NCBI RefSeq assembly: GCF_004010195.1
Contig: NC_057751.1
Coordinates: forward strand, 12,882,014 to 12,943,897
Direction of reading: 5' to 3'
Source: Chiloscyllium plagiosum
Taxonomy: Eukaryota
Length of the DNA stretch: 61,884 nucleotides
Numbering within the stretch: position 1 is the first letter of the stretch; every line of letters begins with the position of its first letter. Below, in pieces: positions 11,905 through 26,328 of the stretch. The notes under the pieces were generated by a model. It made no database searches, had not been told where the DNA came from, and saw nothing but the letters and a program-made list of their open reading frames with translations. Position numbers and translations under genes: made by a program.

Positions 11905-13730
11905 TATGAAACAGAGGGTACAAGTCTAAAGGTCGTGCAGGAGCAGAGGGACCTGTGTGTATGTATGCACCAATCATTGAAAGTAGCAGGACAGTTGGAG
12001 AGAGCTGTTCATAAAGTATACTGTATCCTGGATATTTTTAATAGGTGCACTCAGCAAGAAGACAATGTTGAACTTGTGTAAGACATGTATTAGACCTCAG
12101 CTCAACTATTGTGCACAATTCTGTCTGGTAATGATGTGAACACATTAGATAGCAGTGGGGAAACTATTGGAAGTATTTCTGAGGGACAGAATTAATCTAT
12201 ACTCAGAGAAGTAGGGATTAATGAAGAACAGTCAGTGTGGTTTTGATAAAGGGAGGACACGTCTGACCAGCTTGATTGAATTTTCAACAAAAATTCCGTG
12301 TATAAATAGGAAAATGCATTCAAACTAGTCGACTTGGACTTCAACAAGGCTTTTGACAAGGTGCTGCATGGGAGACTGATAGCAAGGCTGAGAGCTTATG
12401 GTATCCAAGATAATTTGGATCCACAATTGGACTGAGTGGCAGGAAGCAGAGCACAATGTCCGAGGGGGTTTTGGGCGTGGAAGTCTGTGTCCACTCGGGT
12501 TCCACAGGGCTCAGTGTTGCTTGAAGTATACATAAATAATTTAGACTTAAATGTGGGAGGATTGTGGATGTTACAAAAAATAATGGGGTGGGAAATAGTG
12601 AGGAAGGTAGCCTTAGATTGCTGGAGGACATAGACTGGTCAGATGGGCTGATCAATGGCAAATGGAGTTCAAACTGGAGAAGTGTGAGTTGATGCATTTG
12701 GGCAAGACGAACAAGGCAAGGATATACATAGTGAACACCATGGGAAGCATTGAAGATCAGAGAGACCTTTGTGTGCATGTCCACTGGCCCCTTAAGGTAT
12801 CTGGACAGGTGGATAAAGTGGGACTGAAGACATATGGGATACTTGCCTTCATGAGTTGAGGCATAGAGTTTAAGAGCAGGGAGGTTATGCTGGAACTGTA
12901 TAAAACATGGGTGAGGCTGCAACTGGAGTATTGTGTGCATTACAGGAGGGATGCGATTGCAATGAAGAGAGTGTAGAGGAGTTTTACTAGGAGAGTTTTA
13001 GTCTTAAAGAGAGATTGTACTGAGCAGAGTTGTTTTCCTTGGAGCAGAGCAAACTGAGGTGGGACAATATGACTGGGAAGTATAAAGTTACCAGGGGCAT
13101 TGGTTAGAGATAGGAAGCAACATTTCGTTTTGGTGGAGGGATCAATGACCAGAGTACACGATTTAAGGTTAGGGACTGGAGATTTTTCCTTACCCAGAGG
13201 GTGCTCTGAACCTGGAACTCACTGCTGTAAGGTGGTAGAGACAGAAATCCTCATTACATTGAAGAAGATTTCGATGTGCGGTTATGATGCCAAGACACAC
13301 AAGGCCTTGGGCCAGGTGCTGGAAAAAGGAATTTGAATGATGCTTGTTCTGGATTGGTGCAGACTCAATGGGCCGAAGGGCCTTTTTCATTGCTGTAGGC
13401 CTCTATAACACTATGCACAAGTGCAGAAGTAATTTACAAGAGTGATTCCAGGGAAGAATAACTTCAGTTATGAAGACGGATTAGAGATATTGGGACTGAG
13501 AAAAAGGCTAAGAGGAGATTTGATAGAACTTTTCAAAATCACGAAGGGGCTGGAATGAATAGATCAGGAAAAACTGTTTCTGCTCATGAAAAGGTTTTAA
13601 GTGAGAGGGCATGGATTTCAAGTGCTTTGCAAAAGAGGTGAGAAGAAGACGTTTTCACACAGTGAGCGGTTCAGGTCTGGAAATATGGTGAAGGCAGATA
13701 CAATTGAGGCATTCAAGAGGTGCCAGCCAG
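11905..13730 (+). mobile_element. Composite of decayed CR1 LINE fragments (a younger copy ~12150-13415 apparently inside an older one)
   Basis: DFNKAFDKV-like, VPQGSVL, MEFKLEKCELMHLG and LEYCV motifs; 3' tail gggccgaagggcct...ctctataacactatg; the older CR1 resumes at ~13416. Confidence 0.8.
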
Positions 13731-15597
13731 AACAGCTGCATTTGAAGAGTCTGCATACTTCTCCAACCTGTCCCATAATGGGACACAGGCAGTAAGTGTC
13801 CGTTTCTCAACCCTGCTCCCATCGAAGTCAGGAACCTAAAGATGAATATAATTCCTCTCTAACTCACCACAGTTATCCTTGATGCTATCTTCCCAGAGCA
13901 TTAACCAGAGCTTCCACATTACTCTTCCAGTGACTTGACCATGATCCTACTACCTGATCACAGGGAAGCAGAATAGGGATTCTAACTGGCCTACGATGCC
14001 CTGAGAAACAAATGGGGAGAATCGATCAAATGTCCCAGCTCTGCCCTGTGATTCCTGCTGGAAGGTAGCTGGGGATGTGTAAAAGTTAAGAGTCGTGCTC
14101 TAATGAAGTCACTGATCATGTCAATGGACGTACTAAAAAATGAGATTCTTTGCTGTTGTGTGGAATCCTTGTTTTGGAGCCAAAGTATGTCATTTGGAAA
14201 TGTAGGTGAGGAAGCTGAGACTGCTGGATATAGCCAAGAACAGAGCCAAGAACACCACACTCAGGAGATGGATGGGAGAGGTGGTTCCCTACAGGGAGGG
14301 AAACAAAGGCATAAGAGCTTAACAGAACTTGATGTGAATTGCATTTGAACTTACTCAGAGAAATAGACTACATTGCAATGAACATTGCTGTAATTAAACT
14401 CACTTGAAATCAGATTGAAAAATTCTTCAACCAAGAGTGAACAAATAAATGCTGCTTCTCTTTTTAATAATGTACTTGTTTTCTTTCCTACATTTGGAAA
14501 TATAACCCCCTCAGGTTTTAATTTCACTAGTTCAGTGTTCATGATCTATAAACCTCTTTGATTACAGCAGGATTTTTCGACACAGTGAATCATCTCTACA
14601 CACCGAACCATAATGACTCATGATGAATATTGGACCCTCCTCAGGGATAACAAGCTCGTTACAGTATTTGCATAATAAATGAAATGGTTCTTCAGGAGAA
14701 GGGAAATATATTTTCAATTAAATTTAACACAACACTGTCAAAGAGCTGAGAATAATCTGTGATTTGTTTTGTGATGGAATGATGGATGATGTACAGTATT
14801 TCACTTATCCAACTCTCAGATCAAGTATCATAAACATAAGATACAAATGGAAAGGATGAGAAATATCCTGTGTGTGTTGCTTTCAGTTCTTGAGAGTGCA
14901 TTTTGTCTCAAATCTGTAATTGCGCACCAGTAATTTGATGGCAAATGTTTTGAATGCATCCCTTCAATAAAGATTGAATCATATTGCTACAAAGAGGTGT
15001 GTGGATAAATTCAGAATAAAGTTGGGAACACCGGCAAGAGGCAGCCAGAATTTGCCTGGGGAACCCATGGTGTTGTGGGGACTGGATGGACCTGTCTGCC
15101 TTCTATCTCTTGCCTGACTGATCCATTGTGTGGGTCTCCTGCATTTCTCCCATTTCGAGCCCTTCTCAGGTTTTGCTGTGATAGTCCATCAGACCAAAGG
15201 GATGATTGAAGAATGCTGCATTGACAGAGGACACTGGGTTTAGAGTTGGTCATTTCACCTCTTGGACCAGGCTTTTCAATCCCATGCTGCGTCTGTGATA
15301 GGCCTTTGAAATGTCCCCAGCTCGATTTTATGGCCAAGACCCCAGTTCAATATGCCAGTTTGACTGCATTTCCCCAAAGGCCATGGATCAGGGAGGGGGA
15401 GTGTCTTTTTATTTCTTCATTGGATGTGAGCATTTCTGGCTGGGCCAGCATTTCTTACCCATCTCTGGTTTCCTTGAGAAGGAGATGGCAAGCTGTCTTC
15501 TTGAATCACAGCAGTCCATTTAAACAATGAAGCACTTGCTTGTGGTTGAGTGCAGGGAGTTTTTATCTAACCTGACTGATCCGGTGACTCAATGATT

Positions 15598-15870
15598 AAC
15601 ATTGCTGCCTCACCCTTGGGTGACTGTCTGTGTGGAGTTTGCACGTTCTCCCCGTGTCTGCGTGGGTTTCCTCCCAAAGTCCAAAGATGTGCAGTTTAGG
15701 TGGATTGGCCATGCTGAATTTCCCCATAGTGTCCAGGAATGTGTAGGCTAGGTGGATTATAAATGGGAAATACAGAGATAGGGTGGGGAGAATGGGTTTG
15801 GGTGAGAATGCTCTTTGGAGGGTCACTGTGGATTCATTGAGCCAAATGGCCTGATTGCAGACTGTAGAGA
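15598..15870 (+). mobile_element. Diverged HE1-like SINE
   Basis: tgactgtctgtgtggagtttgcacgttctccccgtgtctgcgtgggtttcctcc core; head partly deleted. Confidence 0.8.
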
Positions 15871-16243
15871 TTTTGTGATTGATCTGCATATATTCCAGCT
15901 TAAGCTTGTTGCCTATCTTCTGTTAGTGGTGACACCCTCACTCTCCTCAGCCCTAAATTCTCACTGAATCTTCCCTTATGTCACTCTATGTTTAAGACGA
16001 CGTTTGAAGTCTACCTGTTTTATCTCTTGCATATGCAAAGTTTGGTCTAATTATATTTCTTTTCACGCATGTTCAGTCATTTTATTATGTTAAAGGTGTC
16101 ATATAAATGTGCTAGTGGTTTTAACAGCTTTTGCCTTGAAAAATACAAACAAAATCTATTTAAAAAGAAATCCGTGAATTCTGGAGATTGGTTTGTCAGA
16201 AACAGTTGTCATTGGATGAATCTGGAATTTTCTATCCTCAGTT

Positions 16244-16547
16244 GGCGGCACGGTGGCACAGTGGTTAGCACTGCTGCCTCACAGCGCCAGAGACCCGGGT
16301 TCAGTTCCCGCCTCAGGCAACTGACTGTGTGGAGTTTGCACATTCTCCTTGTGTCTGTGTGGGTTTCCTCCGGGTGCTCCGGTTTCCTCCCACAGTCCAA
16401 AGATGTGCAGGTCAGGTGAATTGGCCATGCTAAATTGCCCATAGTGTTAGGTAAGGAGTAAATGTAAGGGTATGGGTGGGTTACGCTTCGGCGGGTCAGT
16501 GTGGACTTGTTGGGCCGAAGGGCCTGTTTCCACACTGTAATCTAATC
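16244..16547 (+). mobile_element. HE1-type V-SINE, full length
   Basis: A box gtggcacagtggttagc, B box gggttcagttcc, (TAATC)n tail, tcagt on both flanks. Confidence 0.9.
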
Positions 16548-16658
16548 AGTGTGCTTAATTCATAGAATCTAATTCTCACATATCCTTTTCACCCATATTA
16601 ATCCTTGTTATTGTCACCGCTCCCAACTCATTTTTGTTTGTCTTTTTGTTTCCTGCAG

Positions 16659-16733
16659 TTTAAGTGGACGCTTGTCACTGTGGTGGTTCTGCAGTTGATT
16701 TTCGTAATCGTTAGCGTTTTGTGCCGCAATAAG
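16659..16733 (+). CDS. TSPAN15-like: Internal exon of a TSPAN15-like (TspanC8) tetraspanin, TM3
   Basis: Strong acceptor tttttgtttgtctttttgtttcctgcag and donor AAG/gtaggt; 75 bp, phase 0-0; encodes FKWTLVTVVVLQLIFVIVSVLCRNK, a hydrophobic helix with the polar TM3 Q/E. Length and the F...RN pattern fit the TSPAN15 TM3 exon as I recall it. Confidence 0.85.
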
Positions 16734-16784
16734 GTAGGTCTGATTGCTTTTCCTTTCACATCGTACCTTCTTCAATCATTTTCC

Positions 16785-17212
16785 TGACCCAGCATGGTGG
16801 AAAATTTGATTGGCGCCACATCCAGAAACATCCACTTCCTGCACCACCGACACTCACCAGCAGCAGTATGTACCATCTAAAAGATGCACTGGAGAAATAA
16901 CACCAAGGTTTATGAGATAGCATTTCCAAAACCCACGACCACTTCTATCTTGAAGGACAAGGACAGAAAATACATGAGAACACCACCCCTTGCAAGTTCC
17001 CCTCCAAATCACTCATCATCCTGACTTGTAAATATATCACTATCCCTTCAGTGGCACCTGACCAAAATCCTGGAATTTTCTACTTTATGGAATTGTGCAT
17101 GTACCTGCACCAAATGGACTTTAGTGTTTCAGCTCACCTACCACCTTCCCAAGGGCATTTAGGGATAATGCTACCCACCTATTCACACTCACATACCTTG
17201 AATGAATAAAAA
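16785..17212 (+). mobile_element. 3' fragment of the second CR1/L2-clade LINE family
   Basis: Homologous to 2290-2785; ends gaatgaataaaaa. Confidence 0.6.
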
Positions 17213-18324
17213 GACAAAATCAGCTGGGCTTTGCACATCTCAGTGTTTCTGTGAGCATATTAATGTTGAGGGTTGATCCTAAACTAATTTAGATTTGGAC
17301 ATTCCCAGCTTTCAACCTAGAATCAAAGGTCTTAGGTTGAACACTGTGAAGAATAATTAGCCAGCCCTCCCACATTTGTGTTGATATGGACGTGGGGAGG
17401 TGCATGTGTGTGTGTGTATGTATTTGTTCATGTACGTATGTGTGTGTGAAGGTGCACGATAATTTGTGTGTCAGTGTAGGTATTTATGTACATTGTACGT
17501 GTAAGTGTAAAAGGACTGGGCTATGTTGAAATGGTGTGTTGATACTGTCCTGAGCATCCACTATTAGTCTGGGGGGGAAGGGAATGATAATTAAAAGGAG
17601 AAAATAACATTAGTTTGTTGGTTGTCACTGGTTACGGAAAAGGCCGGCCTCGGTTAGCTTTTTGTTGCATGTTAATAGTGTGAATTTGTCTTGCAAAGGT
17701 CTCACTCTCTAAATGAGTCAACATTTAATTGCAAATCTTTGTAAGTCTTATCCCCTCCACTGAGCTGGTCATTAAGAGCCATTTAAAGAAGCTATATCAT
17801 TTTCAAAAATGAATTTATGGTGCATATCCCTAGTTTTTCTCGCTCCATTATTGGTGAAGTTGCCCTCAGCCGCTCAGGCTCAAAACTCTGGAATTTCTTC
17901 CCTCACCTCTCTGTCTCCTTTGAATCTACCTCTTTCACCAAACTTTTGATCACCTGTTCCAATGTCTGTAAGACAACTTCTCTCCTTTTTGACTACCCTG
18001 TGAAGTGCCATGGCATGTTTTACTCTGTTCAAATGCTGTAACAATGCACATCATTGCTGCTAGTGGGTTTTCAGCAGAGAGCATTGATGGATTGTGGCAT
18101 TCAGAGAATGTGCAGCTAAATGCTAATCAGCAAATGTACACTGTCAGGTCCCTTGTTTCTCATGTTCGTGCAGGCCCAGGAATTGCAATGGTATCACAAG
18201 TGGAAGGGTGAAACTAAAATATATCAGATCCCAGCTAAAAGTACGGCCAGAGGATTTGTGGTCAGACAAGAACACTGGCTGAGTGAAAGTCAGAAATTAC
18301 ATTTGGGTGAAGAGATTATTGGAG

Positions 18325-18616
18325 GCAGCATCACAGTGACCCAGGGTTCGATTCCAGCCTTGGGTGACTGCCTGTGTGGAGTTTGCACAATCTCCATGTT
18401 CTGCGTGGGTTTCCTCCGTGTGCTCCGGTTTCCTCCCACAGTCCAAAGATGTACAGGTTGGGTGGATTGGCCATGCTAAATTGCCCATGATGTTAAGTGC
18501 ATTAGGCAGGGCTAAATGTAAGGAAATGAGTCTGGTTGGGTTCTCTTTGGAGGGTCTGTGTGTGTGGACTTGTTGGGCCGAAGGGCCTGTTCCACACTGT
18601 AGGGAATCTAATCTAA
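18325..18616 (+). mobile_element. HE1-type SINE
   Basis: B box gggttcgattcc, V-domain, tail ccacactgtagggaatctaatctaa. Confidence 0.85.
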
Positions 18617-18984
18617 ATAACATGTCCTCTGGGGATGAAAAGACACAATAATCAAGGTTCACTTAATTTCAGCAATCAAACAATTTGCAAAAAGTAACAT
18701 TCTGCTGGACCTGTGCAATTATCATCCAACCTGATTGCAAAAGGTTGATAAAGAGTCTTCAACTGATAAGAAAATTCTGAGCCAAGCACAAATGTGACAG
18801 AAGGGCCTGTTTGTCATTGTTGGATGAATGGGAGTAGTGTAGTAGGCTCTGCTTGATTCCACGCAGCTAGTTACTAATCAGTGTGCCTGATCATTTGGTT
18901 CGTTTATATGCTGCCAGATTGTCATACTCGATCCAGAGAAACCGCACTCGACAATTCTGAATTTTGAATTTAACATCACTATCC

Positions 18985-19473
18985 TGCAAGGAATTACTCC
19001 CTCCTTACTCTCCCAAGTCTGCCTACAAGACACAAGTCGGGAATGTGATGGAATACTCCCCACTTGCCCTGGATTTTGCAGCCCCAACAACACTCAAAAA
19101 GCTTGACATCATCCAGGACAAAGCAGCCCCTGTTTGATTGGCACTGTATCTACAAATGTCCACTCCCTCCACCACCGATGTTCAGCACTATCCATGTGTA
19201 CCATTTACAAGATGTACTATGTATTTCATCAAGGCTCCTTAGATAGCAGCTTCCAAACCCACTACCACTTCCAGCTAGAAGGACAAGGGCAGCAGTTAAA
19301 TGGGAGTTACACCCTCTCAAAGTTCCCCTCAAAGTCACACGCCATCCTTATGTGGAAAAACAGTGTTGTTCCTGGGTCAATATCCTGGAGCTCCCTGCAT
19401 CCCATTGACTGCAGTAGTTCAAGACTGCAGCTCAATAACCCCTTCTTGAGGATAGCTAGGGAATGAATAAAAA
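18985..19473 (+). mobile_element. 3' fragment of the second CR1/L2-clade LINE family
   Basis: YKTQVGNVMEYSPLA- and KKLDIIQDKAA-like coding remnants; gaatgaataaaaaa end. Confidence 0.65.
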
Positions 19474-21519
19474 ACAGTAATTCAGAACATACAATGGTTC
19501 CACTTCCTTAAAGTTCCTTCATTTATTAGAATCATCTAGTATTCCCTATCTCTGTGTATATGTATTTAGCTTTCTCCTTTGAAATATCTTTATGCTCTCC
19601 TCATGGCCACATCTTCACCAGTTTCTTTGTTGGATAAGGATATGGAAACAGAATATTTGAGGACAAAATAAATGCTCCCTTCCATATTCTATTCCAAGTG
19701 TTTTATTAAAATAGAATGCAACAACTGAATTTTATGTTCCAACATCTGGCTTGAACTAGTCTCCCCAATGGTTTTGATTGACATGATTCTACTAATTGCC
19801 TTTAGTTACAAGCATGAGAAGGCCTTATTTGATAACCACATTGTAATGTTACTTTGCTTAGCATCCAAGTTCCTTTAGCTTTGGGGTAGACTACTGTTGA
19901 ACTCCACGTACAAAGAAGCACATTTGATAATATTGTTGCAAGGTTAATAAACTTCACAGTATATGTTGCACCTGAAGGAACCGAGAGTGACTGGAATCAC
20001 AGCAACACAAGTCTATGGAGATAGGGTATTGGAAAATAACGACATATCCTTCACTTCGTTCTGGTTTCTGGTCACAGACACTACTCCCTCCCTCTGTCCT
20101 TACTCAACTACTTCTTCGGCTCTGCTAATTCCAGGACTCTTTTGAAGTCATTTGCCAATATGTAACCTCATCATTCCTAAGGTCACAACATGAAATAATT
20201 CTGGATGAGGGTGGCTATTTGGCCCACTTTAATCAAATTATTCAGGGAACCATTCAGTGGTCCTGAATTCATTCCTGGAATCCCCACCGTGGAATTACTT
20301 TATTCATGAGTTCAGAGTGGCGTCTTTGTCTTGACAGCTTGTTTCACATCAAATCCACTTATTGTCTGAAGGAAAGAACCTTATACCAGTGTTAAAGTAA
20401 GTTTTTACAAATTTGAACCGGCGTGCTGTGTAAATTAACTAAACGTTCTCATTAACATTTTCAATATCTTTAACAGTCTTGGTGATACAGTCTTACCTGT
20501 TACAGCTCTTTTCCTGAGGCAGAGCATGCCACATTTATGAGTCTTTCTGTCGAATGTGCCTCTGACATTGCTGTCACTATTTGACTGCCTCCCAGTTTTT
20601 GGTGCTTAGAACAGGGATGCTGTATTCAGACGTGATGAGAGCACCAAGAGGTTTGGCTTGTATTCTGTCTATTTGGCTTTGGTCACTGAAAATGTTCATG
20701 ACTTTAATATATCTTGTTTGAATAGTATGGATATATTAAGATGACGAAGAGACAAAGACACTCCTGGATCTTTGTTTTGGCCTTAGCTTTCTCAGTAAGT
20801 TGTTTATTTTGTTTTAGCATTTCACTTATAGTATTGAGAGTTAGATTCATTAAGGATTTAAATGTTTTTAACAATTGAATATTTTGTTGACATAAAGTCA
20901 CAAAAGTTTGCAGATAAAGATGTTTACAACTTTAATGCAAGTTCAGAATGGTCAAATACTTTGGCTTCCAATGACCTGGGAGGAATTCATTCAGATGTTA
21001 GTTTCCTTGGTGTTTTTTTTCATTTAATGGAGTGTCATCCCTTTTTATTTTAGCAGTGCTACTCTTTTTATATTAGTCTTGCTAATATAAACAAGCTGCT
21101 CTGTACTTTATTGTCTCTCTCTTTCTCTTTTGCTGTGGTTGAAAACAGCATCTGGTGTTTAGGACAGATTGTCTCAGGTCTTATCTTTAACTTCTCCATT
21201 TACCTCTCCTAAGGTACACAGTCTCAGTACAACTTCTACATCGTCAGACACCAAAAAAATATAGAGCAGCCTTCCCAGTCTTGTGCAGTCAGGTCAAACA
21301 GTCTTACATTTCATCCTTTATCAAACCAAATGCTTGCTCCCAAAGCAGATGAAAAAGTCCATCAATTCATTTTCAAAATAGTCCTTGGTGTGAGTGTCTG
21401 AAGCAGTAGGCCACATGATGAAATTTCCAAAGAGTAATCCTCCTAGCGTTAACAATGTTACAATTGCAGCACATGTAAAAAGTTCTTTCACAAGTTCAGC
21501 ACATTGCCAGAGCTTGCTG

Positions 21520-22275
21520 GCAAAGGCTGAAATTAAAAATTGCAGAGGAATTCATGTTGCAGCATGAATAGAGGGAACTGGGTGTCTCTGTGCATGAATT
21601 GCAAAATGTTGGTTTGCAAGTGCAACAGGTAATGAAGAAAGCAAATGGAATATTGTCCTTCATTGCTAGAGGGATGGAGTTTTAAAATAGGGAGGTTATG
21701 CTGAAGTCAGACCTGGAGTACTGTTTTGGTCTCCTTACTTGAGAAGGGATGTATTGGCATTGGAGGCGGTGCAGAGAAGGTTCACTAGGTTGATTCTGAA
21801 GTTAAGAGGGTTGCCTTATGAGGAGAGATTGAGTAGGCTGAGACCATACTCATGGGAATTTAGATGAATGGGGAGGAACCATCTTTTTAGAAACATACAG
21901 TATAAAATTATGAAGGGAAAAGATAAGTTAGAAACAGGAAGGTTATTTCCACTGGAGGGTGAAACTAGAACTAAGGGACATAGCATCAAGATAAGATTTA
22001 GAAGTAAGTTGAGTAGGAACTGCTTCACCCAAAGTGTTGTGAATCTGTGCAATTCTCTGCCCAGTGAAGCAGTTGAGGCTACCTTGTTGAATATTTTCAA
22101 GGCAAAGAGAGAGAGATTTTTGAACAGTAAAGGATTCAAGGGTTCTGGTGAGAGGTCAGGTAAGTGGAGCTGAGACCACAAAAAGATCAGCCATGATCTT
22201 ATTAAATGGTGGATCAGGCTCAAGGGGTCAGATGTCCTACTCCTGCTCCTATTTCTTATGATCTTATGTTCTTAT
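21520..22275 (+). mobile_element. CR1 LINE 3' fragment
   Basis: LEAVQRRFTRLI, ETRTKGHSIKI, FTQSVVNLCNSLP; (TCTTATG)n tail. Confidence 0.85.
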
Positions 22276-22389
22276 ATGCTACGTTTTTAAACAGGCTTGC
22301 TTAAGTAGCAGACTGAAGAATTGCATATTGAAATAATGAATAGTACAGAGGGGCCCGTAAGTCTGTAAATCACTCAGGAGAAAGTGAGT

Positions 22390-22482
22390 CGAATAGTGTG
22401 GCGCTGGAAAAGCACAGCAGGTCAGGCAGCATCCAAGGAGCAGGAGAATTGACATTTCGGGCATAAGCCCTTCATCAGGAAT
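22390..22482 (-). mobile_element. Solo Penelope terminal fragment
   Basis: Near-identical to the arm of the 6422-6627 element and to 61063-61150. Confidence 0.75.
22451..22478 (-). ncRNA. Minimal hammerhead ribozyme-like motif
   Basis: CTGATGA-A-GGGC ttat GCCC-GAAA-TGTC; core boxes and stem II intact, stems I and III weak. Confidence 0.5.
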
Positions 22483-25400
22483 GTAAACCACTCATCTTTA
22501 CATTCAAGGTGATACAGCAACTCAGATAAGCAAAAAGTCCCACTTTTAGCAAAAGTGAATTTTATGGAAAGTGAAATGGATCTTGAGAATAGCAGAGCAG
22601 CCGCTTAAAATACGTCTTAGTATTGGGTAATTGAGTTGAATTAACTATCAGAAAGCTGAAGCTTGATCAATGATTTACAGCCTGATTGATGATTTTCAGC
22701 CTGATGGAGTTCAGCCTGGGGCAGACCTATTTACCAGATGCCAGGTAAAGCAATGGTATTCATTCATTACAAATCTAGGTGCGGCATTTGAGGCATCACT
22801 TACTCGAGTGAGCTTAGTTTCAGTGAAAAGTTCAACTTTGACATTAATTGTTTTTTGCTTTGCTCTCATTGTATAAACCTTGCAGTATAAAATATCAGAG
22901 ATGGGAACAGTTCTTTTCCACCCTTTTGTATTGCAGCGCAGTAATATATTACTGTACATGGATGAATAGTCAGTGTGCACTGAATGCTGATTAGAATACC
23001 ACACTGTTGCAGTCTGCGTGCAAGCAGCTATTTCATTCCAGCTTCATATGTTCATACAGCTACTGAATAAAGCAAGCAATCCATCGCCACCTACAAACTA
23101 TGCGAGGCTGCATTTAAGAGATCGCCTCCTTGTATCCATGGTGCTAGGGAAACAGCCTAGGCAGTAGAAGTGACCATGTTGCAGGTTGTTGCTGAGATGT
23201 ACCCCTCCCCCTCTGTCATGAGCTTCCTTTTGCAGGCTGTCATTTGTGGATTCCCCCAAGCCCCACTCCCAGGGCATTTCGCAAGCAAGGTGCTAGAATT
23301 GTGACCATAACACAACTGTGGCTTTATGATGTTCTTGCTGCTGTAGAATGTGTGATTCATGTGCTGCCTGTGGCAGTTCTACATCATAAATATGAAGTTT
23401 GCCACTTTCTTTATGGTTCAATGCAGTTTGTTTCAGGAGGGTACAATTCTGTGGCGCAGTCTGTCTCCATTATGGTGTGCATGCCAACCACCTTCCCTGC
23501 CCTCCATTATGCACCTGGTTTCTTGGAAAATTGGTTGCTGATGCTGAATGATTGAGTGGTAGAAATCCCTCCCTAAATCTTACTACTTTGGAGCATCTTT
23601 ATCCTCTTTGAAGATGCTTCCTAAAACCTGTCTATTGAAACCAGTTGTCCAGCTTTAGTGGCAATGTACTTCTGAATCACTCAGAAGATCAGTTGGTCAT
23701 GTTTACAGATACTCTGGCTACTCTCCCACAGTCACATGTTACCCCAGGTACAATGGTAGCATGAGATCATCCTCAGAAGTAATGCAAATGTAAATGCCCT
23801 AATCCTGGGGAATCATGATGCAAACAATTTCCTGACTCAGTGATTCCCCAAGACAATGTAGGTGTGATATACCTAGCTTCAAGGGATGGCTGTGAAAGCA
23901 TTTCTGAATGGAAGAGATTGAATGATAGTTTAATTTGATAATAGTAGGGGGAGTAGTAGCAAGTGACTGTCTAAATGGGGTGGGAGTCTGCATTCCTGCC
24001 TGACTGTCATCTCCACCCACTTCCAGAATGTTCAGTCAGTACAGTTAAACTCTTTAACATTACATTAATGTCCAGAGAGATATTCCAGTTTAATCTTTTA
24101 ACATCTCAGGAGGGCCCCTATCTGTGATACATTTAAGAACTCTGAGGGAAAATAAACTGCTGAGAACACATTATTGACACAATTGGAAACAAAATCTTTT
24201 CCTCTCCAAATATCTATAGGCGCCAGTGAAGGCATTTTTTGGGTGCCCTGCAATACTTTTGAATTGTCAGTGTTCTGATTATAACACAACACTTTGGAGG
24301 AACAAATTGTCCCAGTGCAGCTTCTAAACGAATACAGGGTGACAAAGTTGGAGTATACTCTTGTTTGGAAACAAGAGATTTTCCCAGTAGCTGCATGGAA
24401 GGAAGCCCTTTGCTCTATTGTGCATGTTTCAGAACTTTCATAGAATTATCTAATCAATCACTCTACTCTGTTTTTGACCTGTAGCCCACAAATAGTTCAT
24501 TCCCTGCTCGTGTTTATCTGATTCTTTTGGGAAGGTTACGATTGATTCTGTTTTACAGAGCTTTGTAGATCACAGCAACACACTACATAAAAATTGTTTT
24601 ATCATGTGTCTGGAGTCAATCGATACAAAGCCACTTAATGGAATTGAAATCAAGACAAGCATACCTTTGCTTTCGTGGAGAAATATTAGTGACTTACTCA
24701 GTCTGTTTTCATCCCACACCCAGAATCTCAAATGCTCACTATTTATGTGTTCAGATAATTAATAGTTACCACCCCTTTTCTTTTATCTAAAATAAAGTAA
24801 TTAACAAACGTAATAATATGATTAAACAGATATTAGCATTGGTTCTTTTGCCACTCATCACAAATCAGTGTCCTGCCACTGGAATCAGCTCTACCTTACT
24901 TTCTTTATCAAAATGATTGATTTTTAACATCTCAATCAAAGGTTGCTTCAAATCACTGCATGAGCATGTGATGCTGACCACTACCAACCTTTAGTTGTGC
25001 AGATTCTCTTTTCTGACTGGGTCTGTAGGGCTTACTTCATTGGAAGTAATCGAGAAATAATACTTGAGCAAAGGCTTTTGGTCTTAAACAAGATGTAGAT
25101 TATTGCATGGTAGTAATATGAGTCGGATAGGCATTGACACTAAGATTATGATGAGGCTTGAGTGATAGGTCTGAATTTCTTGAACTTCTGAACTGTTCTG
25201 CATGACCCGCCCAAGTCCTTAAGACATCATGAGGCTGGGTGGAGCTTCATACATCATTCAGCATTAACTCTTTCAGTACAGTTACATTGTACAACAAACT
25301 CCAGTTTGTCTGGAGTCTCGTCATTAAGGAAGGCACTCATTACTGCTGCTCATTCTGGTTATTGCTTCTGCATGGTCCCTGAGATATCCATGCTCAAGTG

Positions 25401-25544
25401 CAGAACCAAGATTGAGCAGAAAACCTGAGCTGAAGTCTAACCAGTGTTTTAATAAAGCGCTACTTTCACTTCCTGGATTTTGACAATGGGCTTTCATTAA
25501 TAAAGCCAGAGAGCTCATAAGTTTTTTTTTTAATTATGTGTATC

Positions 25545-26150
25545 CACATTGCTTCTGTAATGCCCTTTGAAATTAGGTTTTTATTGCAGTGCTCTTCTAA
25601 AGGAATTGCATTCCAGTACTTCACACTTATCTGAATTAAATTTGATTTGTGTCTGTCCATTTCATCATTCTGTGTTCTTCTGAAGTATGTTATGATTCTC
25701 CTTGTTAATTGTTACATTTTTAAAGTTTTGAGTTATCTGCAAACCTTTGAATATTACATTATATTTATCTATATAAAAGAGCAGTGGTTCTAACGCTGAG
25801 TCCTGAGGGATGTCACTATGCATTCCTCTGCAGTCTGTAAAAAGCACTTTTCCCACTATTCTTGGCTTTCCATCCCTTATCCAATTTTGATTCAATGCTA
25901 CAATTCTGCTTTTAATCCTATAGGCATTAATTTTGGTAACAAATCTACTAAGAGATACTTTGCCAAATGCCTTTTAAAAATCCATCGAGCCAACATCAAC
26001 ACATAACCCTCATCAGTGCTTTCTGTTACTTCATCAAACGACTCAATCAGCGCAGTCAAACACAATTTGCAAGTCCATGCTGACTTTCACGTATTGCCCA
26101 TACCTTTTTTCATGCCAGTTAATTTGAGATCAGATTAATCCCTCTGTGTA
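25545..26150 (-). mobile_element. Old CR1 LINE fragment
   Basis: SDIPQDSALEPLLF (degenerate SGVPQGSVLGPLLF), with DF-KAFGKV-like motif upstream. Confidence 0.65.
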
Positions 26151-26328
26151 CAGTTACTTTTTACATTTTTTAAATTGGCACACACTGCTCTATCATGACT
26201 GGACATGGCAAACATGAAATCTCAGAGATAAAAAAGATTGTTTTTGAGCTCGTTCCTGCTAGCCTTAGAAAGAAGTTAATTATGTTTTGACCAACTTCTG
26301 AATGTTTCTGAATATTTTTCATCCTCAG

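Noticed and set aside
12341-12940. 199-aa ORF, the longest in the track
   Set aside because: Antisense frame of a decayed CR1 reverse transcriptase region
14100-14300. Possible Harbinger transposase remnant (LKMRF-like); similar hint at ~31050 (LHN)
   Set aside because: Only a few residues match and no continuous frame or TIR pair could be established
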